A stretch of 64,000 nt of DNA, taken from Gemmatales bacterium. GTDB taxonomy: Bacteria; Planctomycetota; Planctomycetia; Gemmatales; HRBIN36. Of this stretch, positions 1 to 10,909 are shown in pieces (position 1 is the stretch's first letter; every line of letters starts with the position of its first letter). The stretch spans positions 194,373 through 258,372 of the forward strand of contig JBEPZY010000004.1 of the NCBI GenBank assembly GCA_041640595.1. The letters run 5' to 3'. The notes under the pieces were generated by a model that saw nothing but the letters and a program-made list of their open reading frames with translations, was not told the DNA's origin and did no database searches. A program made the translations under genes and the position numbers.

Positions 1-439
1 TATCACGTCGTAGGCCGTCCAGCTCCACTGGACTGCGGGTCGGTCCAGCCAACTGCTGGCCAGAGCACTACGTGGCACTCACCCACTGCCGAAGCAAACG
101 GCCTGCTCGGCTGGCGAACCACACCAACGGATTACCTGACCGCTGATGCGCATCCCCGCACCAAACATCAACCACGCTACGACCGGTAATACCCACCAGC
201 GAGTTTGCTGCCAGCGCAAGTTCGGCTCCTTACATCGGTGGGAGTTGGCTTTCCGAGCCCTTGGCTCTGCCGGGCATCATTCGCGTCGTCGAAAGTACCG
301 AGGCTTCGCGGTTACGAAATCGCCAGGTGTCCCGCTACTCGATCAGATGCGTGCGTTCACCGGGATTGCTCGACCGCACCCGCCGCGATGGTGGTTATTC
401 CGTGGCCGGTCAAATTTCGTCCGCGGCCTGGCTACGCTC

Positions 440-2053
440 TCAGCCGCCCAATGCCGCACGGGCACGCTGAATGAGTTGATTATCGCGGTGGCTGGTGCCT
501 TTGAGATTGAAAAGGCTGGCCGCCAGGAAGCGGTTTCGCCAAACCGGACTGGCGTGGAAGAAATCTTCCAATGCCGCCGAGCTGAACTTGTAATCGTGGG
601 AATCGAAACCTTTGGCGAAAATCAACCGTCGTGCCGTGGCGATCAGAGCCACCGGGTCCACGACATTTTGCTGCAACGCGGTAAGGGTCTTGCGAGCCGC
701 CAGCAGCGTATCTTTGCCCACGAGATCGAAAATCTCCTCGACGGCATCGGTGCCGGTTTTGGTCAGCGGAGCCGGTTCCAGTTCGTCCAGCCGCAACGCT
801 TCGTTGAGTTTGCCCCGTTGCCGCATCGCCTCGCGGAACATGGCCAGGAAGGCCGCGTTTTGCAGCAGAATGTAGCGCCGATGCTCGTCCACACCGCTGT
901 TTTGAAAGGCGAAGTGCATGGCGTTGGTCATGGTGACGCAATGCAGACCGACGATGCCCGGCTGGCGTGCCAACCATTCGCCCGCACACAGGAACAGGCC
1001 ATCGTAAATCGACTGCGGACTGATCCCAGCGTTGAGCAATTTCACCACGTACGCACTGGCTTCCTCCGCGTCGGCGCTACGCAGCACCTGCACCAGTTCT
1101 GCCGCGGCCTTGGCATCGGGCCGACCGGCATACCAGTCCGCACGAATTTCCCGGATTCGCTCCCGATTGCGGCGACCGGGCCGATCCGCCGGAAGGTCGT
1201 TTTGCGCTGGATTGGGATCCCGACCGCGGTCGAGCAAGGCATACGCTAAGGAACGCAGCACCGGTTCGGCATAACGCCAGCCGATCACCTGTAAAGTTCG
1301 CCAGGCGTTAGCAGCGTAAATGATTTTGTGGCCAATGTCACGGAAATCCCGCACTGCCAGCCGCCAGAAACACTCACTGATCTCTGCCTGCCCGGCCGAA
1401 CGCGCTAAGACCGTGATTGCCCGATCCGCCTCTTCCTCATCCCAGGCTTCCATAGCCTGGAGGAAACGTTCCCTGGCCCGTTCCGGCGGCGGCAACCGCT
1501 TGTCATCGGCAGGAGGCAGACGCCAATCCCCTTCGACGCGGTTCCTTTCCTGGGCCACCTTGAAATAGTCCAGCGCCCAGAACAGCGGCAGCCAGCGATC
1601 GCGGTCACTGGAAGCCATCGCCGCCAGATGCGCCGAATTGACCACCAGAACCGCGTGAAATTTATATCCGACCGGACGCGGTTGTATGCCGCGCACCCCT
1701 GCCAGCATCAATGCCGCCAGCCATTGCTGATAGCTCGTCCCCGCACGGATACGTTCAGCGACTACCTCCAGCAAGCGGTCTCGCGGAGTTTCTTCGATGA
1801 GCCGAACCAGCGGTTCCACCTCGGCAGGATATTGCACCATGGGGCGAACGATCTGCGTTTGCTCCGCCGACACCGCCGGTAACCGGCTCAGAAAATCCAG
1901 CCCGATTAGCCCCACCGCACTACCCAGAAACTCCCGTCGGGCGATTGCCACCCGTCCGAGTTCGCCATGCGACGGTACGCTCCCTGACGTGCTGCTTACC
2001 GGAAACTCACGTTGCACCATCCCCGCTACCGTGTTCCCGACGGACCTGCTCAT
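440..2053 (-). CDS. Conserved hypothetical all-alpha protein with Tat-like signal (RREFLG)
   Basis: 537-aa ORF with host-like codon usage, an AGGAGG-like RBS upstream and a twin-arginine-like motif followed by a hydrophobic stretch; function not recognised. Confidence 0.75.
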   Translation of the reverse strand: MSRSVGNTVAGMVQREFPVSSTSGSVPSHGELGRVAIARREFLGSAVGLIGLDFLSRLPAVSAEQTQIVRPMVQYPAEVEPLVRLIEETPRDRLLEVVAERIRAGTSYQQWLAALMLAGVRGIQPRPVGYKFHAVLVVNSAHLAAMASSDRDRWLPLFWALDYFKVAQERNRVEGDWRLPPADDKRLPPPERARERFLQAMEAWDEEEADRAITVLARSAGQAEISECFWRLAVRDFRDIGHKIIYAANAWRTLQVIGWRYAEPVLRSLAYALLDRGRDPNPAQNDLPADRPGRRNRERIREIRADWYAGRPDAKAAAELVQVLRSADAEEASAYVVKLLNAGISPQSIYDGLFLCAGEWLARQPGIVGLHCVTMTNAMHFAFQNSGVDEHRRYILLQNAAFLAMFREAMRQRGKLNEALRLDELEPAPLTKTGTDAVEEIFDLVGKDTLLAARKTLTALQQNVVDPVALIATARRLIFAKGFDSHDYKFSSAALEDFFHASPVWRNRFLAASLFNLKGTSHRDNQLIQRARAALGG

Positions 2054-2381
2054 GGCCAGCCCTCCTCTTTCGGAAAATCCTACCGTTGTAACAACCGACG
2101 CTGCCGGCAGCTAATCTATCAGTTTTCCAGCCACCGGCGAGTGCCCCACCGCAAGACCGAGACGCTCGCATCAGCCCCATGCCCAATCGCAACTGGTTCC
2201 CTGTATTGTCGGGTGCGCGAGTTTCAATGGCCTAATGCTCAATCGCAGTTGGCTCGCGGACACGTGCCGCAATGACTACGCTCGAGCAAACTCACGATTT
2301 GGCCAGCGCTGGACAGGTTCGGTAGCCCTGATCTCGACGGAAGCACGCCACCGCGGCGAAACCGCATCGGCGTACGAAACC

Positions 2382-2617
2382 GCCTGGTTCACCGTATCGG
2401 CGTTGCTTTTGGACTTCGCGGACGCTCACAAGTGCATGCCCGTGGTTGTTCTGGTTCGCAGTATCAGCGCTTTGCCCGGACTTCAGCAACCCTCGCAAGC
2501 GGATGCGCATTGTCGGCCTGGTTCATCATCGGTGTTCCATCCGCAGTCCGCGAACACAACCTCGATGCTGATCCGAACAGAGCCTCGTTCATCATCGGCG
2601 TTACACCCGCAGCCCGC
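2382..2617. repeat. Degenerate repeat-spacer array, 4 copies, period 66-67 nt
   Basis: CTGGTTC/CTCGTTC core at 2384, 2451, 2518 and 2584; copies 2516-2551 and 2582-2617 match at 31/36 nt with a dissimilar 30-nt interval. Confidence 0.7.
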
Positions 2618-2923
2618 TCATTTCCACAACGGTTCGCCCGGCGCGCGACCTATTTTCGGACAATCGCCCGGTAAGGTGGATTTTCTCTCCAAGCCGCGGC
2701 ATCGGCTACCGTGTCCAGGCTGACAAGCCGGTTGCATGACTCCTGCACACTGGATTTGTTCGCATCAGCGCGACCGGCAGCACAACGTCCGCAACAAGTT
2801 GCATGAACCCTGCACGCAGGGTTTCTTCACCAGCCGAACGGGCCGGCAATACGCCGCCGCGTGTCCTCTGGTGAACTTGCGCTGCGGGCCAGTTTTTTCG
2901 CCGGTCGTAAGCATCACCGGCCT

Positions 2924-4810
2924 TCATTGCAACGGAGCAAATCCGAGCGAACCGCCGCCCAGTAACCGCGCCCCGAGCCGACCGCTCTGGTGGAGCATTT
3001 CTTCCAGTGCCTTCTGGACATCGGCCAACTGGAGTGTTCCGGTACCGCCTTCGCTGACGTGAAACTGCCACGCCCGACGCATCAGTTCCTTGATAAATGC
3101 AGCACTAGCCTGGTTAGTCCGCCGAACAATTTCTTCCAGCACCGCTTCCGGTATCGAGAGCCCGCGGCCATACAGTTGGGCCAGTCTTCTGCGGCAGTCT
3201 TCGTCCGGCAGGGGAAATTCGATTGCCTGATCGACACGCCCGGGCCGGGCTGCCAGGGCTTCCTCCAGAACCTCGGGCCGGTTCGTGGTCAATATGAACA
3301 ATATCTCGTTATCTTCGCCGATACCGTCCATCTCGTTGAGCATGCGATGGAGCAGCGGCAGGCTACTGCCTGGAAAGTCTCTATCTTCGCCTATCAAGTC
3401 CACGTCCTCAATAACGACCACTGCCGGCTGGAGTTGTCGGGCGAGGTCAACGTAGGCATCGAGGTAGGCCATCTGCTCCGCACGCACCAGCGCCACGGTT
3501 TGTCCCAGTTTCGTCAACTCGCTGATGAGATAGGCAATGGTGTGGGTTTTTCCGGTACCCGGAGGCCCGTAAAACAAGACGCCTTTCTTTACGTGCAGGT
3601 TCCAGTTTTTCAACTGTTGCCGATGGGCAACGAAGCCGAGAACATTTCGCTCGATTACTTCCAGCACCTTGTTGGGCAGAATTACTTCCTCGCGTCGTAC
3701 ATTCGGCACGTCGTGAACCTTGATATGCACGCCTGGACTGCCGAAAAACTCCACGTCCTTTTCCAGCGAAAGCACCTTCGTCCGATAAAAAGGCGATTGC
3801 TTGGCCGCCTCGCGGATGCGGTTGATCAAACTGGAAACCGTTTGTTCCACTTCCGGAGTATTGGGGCCGGCCAGCTGCAACGACACATGCACATCGCCGA
3901 ACCAGGAAGTGCCCATCATCAACATCGCCAGGGGATGCTCACCAACGCGCAGCAGCCACAGGCCATTCTTGACAAACCGCGCTTCCGCATCCTTGCCAAT
4001 GTTGATATGCTCGTACTCGATAGTACCGTAATTCCAGCGGTCTTTACCAGACGCTCCGAGCAGTTGGCTGAAGTTGACTTCCCTGAACAGTTCAATTGCC
4101 CCTGCAATTCTTCCCCTGGCACTACTCACACCCACGCACTGGATTATTTGGGCCTCCTTCTGCAGAACAGCGTCCAGCGCGAACTGGAGATTGGCGCGTA
4201 AAAAATAGGGGAAACGATACACCTGCACGGAAATGTCATTGACATCCCGCACACCCAGATGGTTCATCACCAGCCGTCTAAGGGATTTGGACCGGCCGGC
4301 ACCAGCGGCGGTGCTGCGCTCGCCTCCACTTTCCACCGGATCAGCAGTCATATCGTCCCTCAGTAAATTCAGGACCTCCTCGCGGACTTCTCCCAGGCGC
4401 AGACCCAGGTTCCGCAGTACCTGAGCGGCCACTCCTTCCTCTTCACGCAACAGGCCCAGTAACAAATGTTCGGTGCCGACGTAATTGTGATTGAGATTGC
4501 GGGCCTCTTCGATGGCATACTCGATGACTTTCTTAGCTCGGGGCGTGTACGGGAGTTTCCCCATGGTCACCATTTCGGTGCCGCTTTGCACCAGCCGTTC
4601 CACCTCCTGGCGAACCTTCTGCAGGTCCACGTCCAGATTTCTCAGGACGTTGGCGGCGACGCTCGCACCTTCTTTCACCAATCCCAGCAGAATGTGCTCC
4701 GTGCCGATGTATTCGTGATTGAAGCGCTGGGCCTCTTGTCTGGCCAGTTTCAACACCTTGCGAGCGCGATCCGTAAACCGTTCAAACATGCGTCCTTCAC
4801 TCATGCTCAT
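2924..4810 (-). CDS. Clp N-terminal domain fused to a single AAA+ ATPase domain
   Basis: N-terminus MFERFTDRARKVL...EHILLGL is a ClpC-type Clp_N domain; C-terminal part has Walker A GPPGTGKT, Walker B VVVIEDVD and SRH motif TTNRPE..RPGRVD. Confidence 0.9.
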   Translation of the reverse strand: MSMSEGRMFERFTDRARKVLKLARQEAQRFNHEYIGTEHILLGLVKEGASVAANVLRNLDVDLQKVRQEVERLVQSGTEMVTMGKLPYTPRAKKVIEYAIEEARNLNHNYVGTEHLLLGLLREEEGVAAQVLRNLGLRLGEVREEVLNLLRDDMTADPVESGGERSTAAGAGRSKSLRRLVMNHLGVRDVNDISVQVYRFPYFLRANLQFALDAVLQKEAQIIQCVGVSSARGRIAGAIELFREVNFSQLLGASGKDRWNYGTIEYEHINIGKDAEARFVKNGLWLLRVGEHPLAMLMMGTSWFGDVHVSLQLAGPNTPEVEQTVSSLINRIREAAKQSPFYRTKVLSLEKDVEFFGSPGVHIKVHDVPNVRREEVILPNKVLEVIERNVLGFVAHRQQLKNWNLHVKKGVLFYGPPGTGKTHTIAYLISELTKLGQTVALVRAEQMAYLDAYVDLARQLQPAVVVIEDVDLIGEDRDFPGSSLPLLHRMLNEMDGIGEDNEILFILTTNRPEVLEEALAARPGRVDQAIEFPLPDEDCRRRLAQLYGRGLSIPEAVLEEIVRRTNQASAAFIKELMRRAWQFHVSEGGTGTLQLADVQKALEEMLHQSGRLGARLLGGGSLGFAPLQ

Positions 4811-5007
4811 GGCTGCTCACCTGCTTGCTCATCCGCAACCCGACCGGAACCGGCCCATGCTCCCCTGGCTCCGGGAAGCTGCGTTTAGTCGCATTATACC
4901 TCGCTAATCCCCAGCGGACGAGACGCGACACATCCACTACGCCAGCGGATTGTCAATCTGGCTGATCCCCAGTTTGGTTCGACGCAGGGGATTTCCCAAC
5001 ATATGGC

Positions 5008-5214
5008 CGGACAACGGCTGACGAATAGTCCCATTTTTTCAACCTCGGGCACCGCACGCCCACATCGTTGCCGCGTTCAGGACCGAACAGCACGACCTTT
5101 TTCTCCGCTTAGATGCTCATGCGACGCGCTGCGAAGTACCTGTTCAGCACCGAGCAGCACAACCTTTTTGTCCGCCTCTGGCTGACCGCACGCTCACATC
5201 GGCGCAGTGTTCAG
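5008..5214. repeat. Degenerate repeat-spacer array, period 67 nt, at the left edge of the toxin island
   Basis: GTTCAG starts at 5075, 5142 and 5209; 5075-5110 vs 5142-5177 match at 31/36 nt; a decayed copy lies near 5008-5043. Confidence 0.7.
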
Positions 5215-5750
5215 CCAAGACGATTGCGGCCCATTGCGTGGCTAGCAGTCGGCGGCCCTTTGCCAAAACCTGACGAAGCTAAGGCAGACCTTGCGCGTTC
5301 CAAACGCCCCCCTAGCAAGCACTCGCGGTCCGTAGGCTGGTCCGGTACCAGCCGTAGGCAGGCCTCGCGTGTTCCAGGTGCCCCCGAACAAACAGGCGAC
5401 CCGACGTAACCGTTATGACCCCCATGCCTTACCTCCAGCGGAGCCCCCGTCAAAACCGGCGACGAACCAGACCGTGCATGAGCGCCGCTTGGCAAATTAA
5501 CCAGCAGCAATATCAGGCAGTAATCAACCGGTTTAACAGGGACGCAAACAATCCACCTAATTACAGTGTCTTCGACTATAATTGTACGAACTGGGCATTC
5601 GATGTGCTCAATCGGGAAACTCATATCCGCTGGAGGCCCCAACTTGTACAGGAGCGTGTAACAGGCAGGTGGTTGTTGGCACCAGCTCAAGTCGGTGTAG
5701 AATTGCGCAGGAATCCAGTACCACAAAACGGGATAGGGTTAGAACCCTAA
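5215..5750 (+). pseudogene. Orphan toxin C-terminal fragment, papain-like/PPPDE-like 'NC' peptidase
   Basis: ...NPPNYSVFDYNCTNWAFDVL motif; the 5' part is broken by stops, frameshifts and an internal duplication; directly followed by a secreted protein gene. Confidence 0.5.
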
Positions 5751-5782
5751 GCAATGAAAAGTCCATGCGAGGGAGAGCAAAC

Positions 5783-7078
5783 ATGACCAGGTCTCACCGA
5801 GTGGTGAAGCTGGCGGTCTTCTCAATGTTCGCGGCTGTCCTGGGAGGGATAATTAGCATGTCGCTGGCGGCTAGAAAAATCTCCGTTCTTGGAGACCTCG
5901 AGGACTGTGCACACGTAAGATTGTCTTTGCAAGATGGCCAGGTTCGAGTGCACGCTATAGAACCCTCAGGCCGGTTACTCATGCTCGACTTGAAGACTAA
6001 GGAAATCAAAAAACTGAGGGTAAAAGATTTAGAACTTGACGGCACGCAGCACATCTCCGTCGGAGGCCTGTTTGCCCCTATGAGTCCAACTCATTACGGT
6101 GTTAGAGCTCCAGATTCAAGCTTAGTCAACCTTTTTGTCGTGAGGGGAGCCGGTGAGGATTGCCAAACCTGGCTAGTTGATTTAGATACTGGAGCCGCCG
6201 TACTTCGACTCGAGGGTGGCTGGTACTGCTTGCCTACCGGCGATGGGATCTACGTTGTCTGGTCAGGCGAGCGAATACCTGGAAAAACGAAGCAGGAGTA
6301 TATTATCTATCGCTATGCAAATGCTAGGTTAGAAAAATTCTCGTCCTGGCAGCCTGATTTACCCATACAGAGTATTCTTTTTGCTCGATCACACGGAAAC
6401 TCGATTCGTATAGTTTGCGAGCGTCTCGTAGGAGAGAATCAAGGTACCCAACACAAGGTCGGGCAATTAGGACAAGCTCGTGCTATTTATCTCATAGATT
6501 TAGAAACACAGACAGCCAGAGTCCTGAGGTCTAAAAAGGTATTGGAGCTAAAACGCACTCCAGGCCGTGACAAGTCCTGGCCTTCAGCAGCAGTCTTCCC
6601 CGCACCATCGCCTGATAGCGTCTATATATACGAGCCTCAGAATCGTTCTCTCTATCTTTTTGACTGGAAGACGCTCCAAATGATTCGTGAGTTAAAACTG
6701 CGGATTCAAAAGAACTCAGAGGATAATGAATGGGAGCTCATTCCCTTCTTTATTATCCATCCTAATAAACCTCTGGCATTGCTGGTGTTTCCTATGGGGT
6801 TCGTATATCTGTTAGACTTGTCAGACGGTAGCCTTCGCCTATTGGGCGATGAACATTTCAAGAAGTTAAATCAATTTGTCATGACGCGCAGCCAGGAAGA
6901 GCCACTGGTTGGGTTAGCGGCAGTGCATTTTATGATGAAAGATGGAGTTTTCATGCCTAACGAGAATCAGGTGGTTGTAGTCGCGGGTTCTGGACATGTT
7001 TATATTTACAACTTAGCGCAGTCCAGACTGGACGCAGTTTTTCGTCTGACAGCAGAAGACCTCTTCGAACGCAAATAA
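5783..7078 (+). CDS. Secreted/membrane-anchored beta-propeller-like protein, candidate immunity protein
   Basis: ATG at 5783 after GGGAGAG; hydrophobic N-terminus; repeated 'W/YLxDLxTG'-type blade motifs; lower GC than the backbone. Confidence 0.7.
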   Translation: MTRSHRVVKLAVFSMFAAVLGGIISMSLAARKISVLGDLEDCAHVRLSLQDGQVRVHAIEPSGRLLMLDLKTKEIKKLRVKDLELDGTQHISVGGLFAPMSPTHYGVRAPDSSLVNLFVVRGAGEDCQTWLVDLDTGAAVLRLEGGWYCLPTGDGIYVVWSGERIPGKTKQEYIIYRYANARLEKFSSWQPDLPIQSILFARSHGNSIRIVCERLVGENQGTQHKVGQLGQARAIYLIDLETQTARVLRSKKVLELKRTPGRDKSWPSAAVFPAPSPDSVYIYEPQNRSLYLFDWKTLQMIRELKLRIQKNSEDNEWELIPFFIIHPNKPLALLVFPMGFVYLLDLSDGSLRLLGDEHFKKLNQFVMTRSQEEPLVGLAAVHFMMKDGVFMPNENQVVVVAGSGHVYIYNLAQSRLDAVFRLTAEDLFERK

Positions 7079-7121
7079 ATTAATAAACCACCGTCAATAT
7101 AATTTTGCCTGTCCTGCGCAC

Positions 7122-8560
7122 GGGCACGATCCCGACGGGGACACTATGACCGCCCCAATGCCTTCAACCCCAGCGTTCCCGCGGCGTAATCAATTTCGCC
7201 TCCGGCCAACAGGCCTGACCAACGGCACACTGACACTCAATCCCGACGGCAGCTTCACCTATACGCCGAACACGCACTACGTCGGCCCGGACAGTTTCAC
7301 CTACACTTGGTCGGATGGTATGGGAAGCAGCGATGTCGGCACGATAAGTATAGATGTGGGGACCTACGCCGAGGATGAGTTGTGGGCACTGATGATCGAA
7401 ACGGACGGGGAGACGCGAGTACCTTACTGCAATGCGGATGATGAGGTCGTTCATTGGACTAGACACGACATATTACATATCCAACTTAGTCGGCCTATTG
7501 ACCGGGATGTTATAGTTGAATTACGGCTCGGCGTTATGGGCGACAATGGTGAACCCGCCGTTCAGGAATCGTCACGTTTATTTCTTCAAGTAGGAGAAAC
7601 CAGGGGAAAGTATCTGACGATTCCGATCACCACGGATGGTTCAGGACATCTAATATTGGTTTGTGTCGATCAAGACACCGGGGCTAGCGTAGACCTGGGA
7701 GAGACATGTATTCCAGCCCGTATACTGGCTGCTACTGGGACCTGGGTGCCACTGCGACCAGTCGTTACACTTGTACCCAATGCGGTGAGGACCTACAAAA
7801 AGACGATTTTCTGCGAGACCTCGGTATAAGCGAGCTCATCCACAACTGTGAACGTCAGCATCCGATCGCTCTGGAAATGCATCACGACTTTCAGCATGCC
7901 CTCGGAGAATATCTCAAGGATGTCAAGGTAGGGAGGATCCGCTTGAGAATCTCCGTCTTGTTCCCGGAGAAATCCATCAGCAAGCAACAGAATCCCATAG
8001 GCTCTGGTGGAACAAGAAAATGAATGAACCTGATGCGAGAGGCCTGATCCCAAGAAGGAGAAAAGGATTTCTGGACTTAGACCCACGTTTCGCTAAAGAG
8101 GCATAGGAACGATAACTGGTCATTGTATCTTAGTACAATGCGCTAATTCAGAGATTGGTCAGCGAACACACTTAAATCCGCACTCGTCCCCGTCTCATTC
8201 TCGAAGGCTGATCTGAACGGAGCGGTTAGCAAGCTGAGGGATATAGCCGAGCTTGCCCATGAGTCCAATCAACGAGGACGGTACTGGGCCAGAACTATCG
8301 CGTAACTACGCCGAGGAGTAACGATCATGGGCGCTGTTGCCAGTGGGCTATAACTAGCAAACCTGGTATTTAGAGCGGCAGACCTCCAGGAACAGCAAAC
8401 AGTTATTAACCCAACTATTGAGTGTGTTAGCAGACTTAGAGACTTTGAAGACGCACTGGCTCGTGGTTATTACCATCTAGTGGAGCTTGCTCTGGAGCGT
8501 AGGGTCAACTTCAGCGAAGCGTTGACTACATAGTTGCAGCATCAATTTCAATATAATTGA
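7122..8560 (+). pseudogene. Orphan cassette: Big_9 stalk fragment plus a decayed toxin with an HNH-like nuclease motif
   Basis: 7220-7355 encodes TNGTLTLNPDGSFTYTPNTHYVGPDSFTYTWSDG; downstream frames join as EMHHDFQHAL...DPLENLRLVPGEIHQQATESHRLWWN; multiple stops and frameshifts. Confidence 0.6.
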
Positions 8561-9262
8561 TGACACAACTAAGGGAGTCCTCAAGAAGAACGTGTGGTTG
8601 ACTTTGTGAGCGCCATCGGGCAATCGTTGTTTTGCCCTGTCAGAATGGTATTCCTGAGTTGGTAAAGAAAAAGAACATCTTCAGCCCCGATAAACGTATG
8701 TGGATCAGCCATTTTGGAAGACACGGGGACCGGCTTTCCGTGATAAGTCGTGGCATAGTCACTCATGGTGGAGAGGACTTAGATATTGGAGAGGCTATGG
8801 TTTATATAATTGACCTAGCTCGGCAAACGGTTGTCAGAAAAATTCGGGCCATAGACTTATGGGAAGCTGACTATGAACCGGTGTGGATTAGCCCTTCCGG
8901 GCAATACGTGGTCAATGCCGCTGGCGGCTGGTATCTAATACGGCACTAGAATAGACATAAGAAGGACGAGGTAGAGTTCCCATCATTGGGACGCATGTAC
9001 CGGGAAGTGGGGGACAAACAACTCAGTGGTGACCCACACAGTTATTATGTCCGAACCAAGCGCATTGTAGCTGCTGTGGAGGGCGATGGAGGAGCCGTGA
9101 TACTTTTCCAGATCCGTGACGATATGATTGACCTCCTAATTTATTAGCACGCCCATGATGACCAGATAGCAGCACTGGAACTCGATAGCTCCGGAGAGTA
9201 GGTGCTCACGGCGGGGGTTGACGGATTAATCAAGATATGTTCAATCCAACCGCACAAGTGAT
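8560..9262 (+). pseudogene. Decayed WD40/beta-propeller protein, candidate immunity gene
   Basis: ORF 8632-8949 continues in frame through stops to AHDDQIAALELDSSGE*VLTAGVDGLIKI, a WD40-like repeat. Confidence 0.6.
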
Positions 9263-9474
9263 TCCTTTGGAAGACATAAGGTGTTGAAGCGAGGTTTTGC
9301 GGGCTAGTTTCACAAGTGCCTTGCAAGAAGCGAAGTCCAACGAGTTTTACAAGCCTATTGATCGCCCGTGGCGGAATTCTGTGGCGAAGACAGGCAAGGC
9401 GATAAGAGCATGAATAAGACTTCCGCCTGGCTGCTCTCTCTGATAAGGTACGACGGTACCCTTTGCGATAGGCG

Positions 9475-10824
9475 TTATGGTTTCTGCGGACCAGTGGCGG
9501 GTACACTAGGGGGTTTGTGGGCCTTGCGTTCAGTTGTGACTTTCCAGACTGGCCGCAGATATTCTTTTCCGGTGTTTTCTTTACCCCAATGCTCCCAGGG
9601 TATGATAGGGTAAACGTCGCCGGTTCTAGCGTTAATCCACAGTTCTTGCAAGGTGGGCTGCACGAAATATAAACTGGCTTTGGCCATATCAACCTTATCG
9701 GGGTGGCGAAAGCGCGGAAGGGCTACACGTACGATCCAGTAGCAATCTCCTAAGGCATCCGTCAAGCCCATTATGTGAAAGCAAAATTCATCATAATGCA
9801 CCATGGCGTGAAAGTACAATCCATCATGTGCCTTCGGCTCTGGCTCAGGTAGCAGGTCAAATTCTCTGGAATACTTTATAAGGGCGTGCGCTAGCTCTGG
9901 TTTAGACTTCACAACCTCCTGCATCGCCCGTTCCAGAGCCTGGCGCTCATTGGTTACCTTAGCGTTTTTCGGAAAATTAAATAAAGTAAATGCCTCACCT
10001 GGATTACGGAGTAGCAGTGGCCAGGAACCAAGGTCCCGTTCCATCTGGTCCAGAAGACCAGGGAAAGGAATTCCTGATCCGGGCATTCTCTTGGTCTGTA
10101 TTGGCTTCCTTTTCAGTCTCTCATCAGGCAAAGCTGACTCGTCCTGCACGATTAGAAATTCGAGTATGCGTGTACTTCGGGCATTGAGAAAAACATAGCA
10201 GGGCTGCATCTCCGACACCTCTCGTTTCAAAACCCAGACAGGGTCCCCGGCTTCGCCGAAACCATCTACAGGTACTCCGAGAATTAGCAAACTCGTAACA
10301 ACGTAGGGGTGGATCGGTTCCATAGCTGCTGGCCAATATTCATCACCCTGCGTCATTAGAAACTCCAGCGCCTCTTTGGGACTGCGAATTTTGCACTGCT
10401 GGACTATACTTTCTCTCCACTCTTTGAACACGATATTCATCTCTTCACACAGGAGGTATGCGGCGTAACCATCGGTTCCCGATTGTAAATCCAGCAGCGG
10501 TAGTAAACATTTGACCCGGGCCATGGCTATCTGACCAAGCGTACCTCGCCGACTGGGAGGCTCCAGAAATCCCTTCCATATATCAAGAAGCTTTTCAACT
10601 TCTTCGCCCTTGGCTTCTGGAATCCTGGACACAGTTCCAGCAGCTTTATCTTGCTCCTTCGACGACCCAGATTCCAGGACTTTTTGCGGCTTGCCAGCTG
10701 CCTCGCCACTGGAGCCACCTTTGGTTCCAGCCTCCTGGTCGGACTCGACGCAAGCGCTCTGGATAGTTAGTAGCCAGACTATTCCCAGAGCATAGATCGC
10801 AATGGTTGCAAGGGTCTTCCTCAT
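9475..10824 (-). CDS. Lipoprotein with two internal repeats of a GDxxWxV...(I/L)NAR(T/S) domain, candidate immunity protein
   Basis: 449 aa; lipobox-like QSAC; AGGAGA RBS; motifs GEAGDPVWVL..FLNARST and ALGDCYWIV..WINARTG. Confidence 0.75.
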   Translation of the reverse strand: MRKTLATIAIYALGIVWLLTIQSACVESDQEAGTKGGSSGEAAGKPQKVLESGSSKEQDKAAGTVSRIPEAKGEEVEKLLDIWKGFLEPPSRRGTLGQIAMARVKCLLPLLDLQSGTDGYAAYLLCEEMNIVFKEWRESIVQQCKIRSPKEALEFLMTQGDEYWPAAMEPIHPYVVTSLLILGVPVDGFGEAGDPVWVLKREVSEMQPCYVFLNARSTRILEFLIVQDESALPDERLKRKPIQTKRMPGSGIPFPGLLDQMERDLGSWPLLLRNPGEAFTLFNFPKNAKVTNERQALERAMQEVVKSKPELAHALIKYSREFDLLPEPEPKAHDGLYFHAMVHYDEFCFHIMGLTDALGDCYWIVRVALPRFRHPDKVDMAKASLYFVQPTLQELWINARTGDVYPIIPWEHWGKENTGKEYLRPVWKVTTERKAHKPPSVPATGPQKP

Positions 10825-10909
10825 GGCTGGTCTCCTGTTTACTTAGATCGGGTGCTGCTGCAAAGCGTGTAATCGCATGCTTCTACTTATCAGCGGCGGT
10901 TGTGCCGTC

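Noticed and set aside
146..4201. Long plus-strand ORFs (146-1249, 2990-4201) and similar shadow ORFs elsewhere
   Set aside because: Antisense to well-supported genes in GC-rich DNA, with no recognisable motifs.
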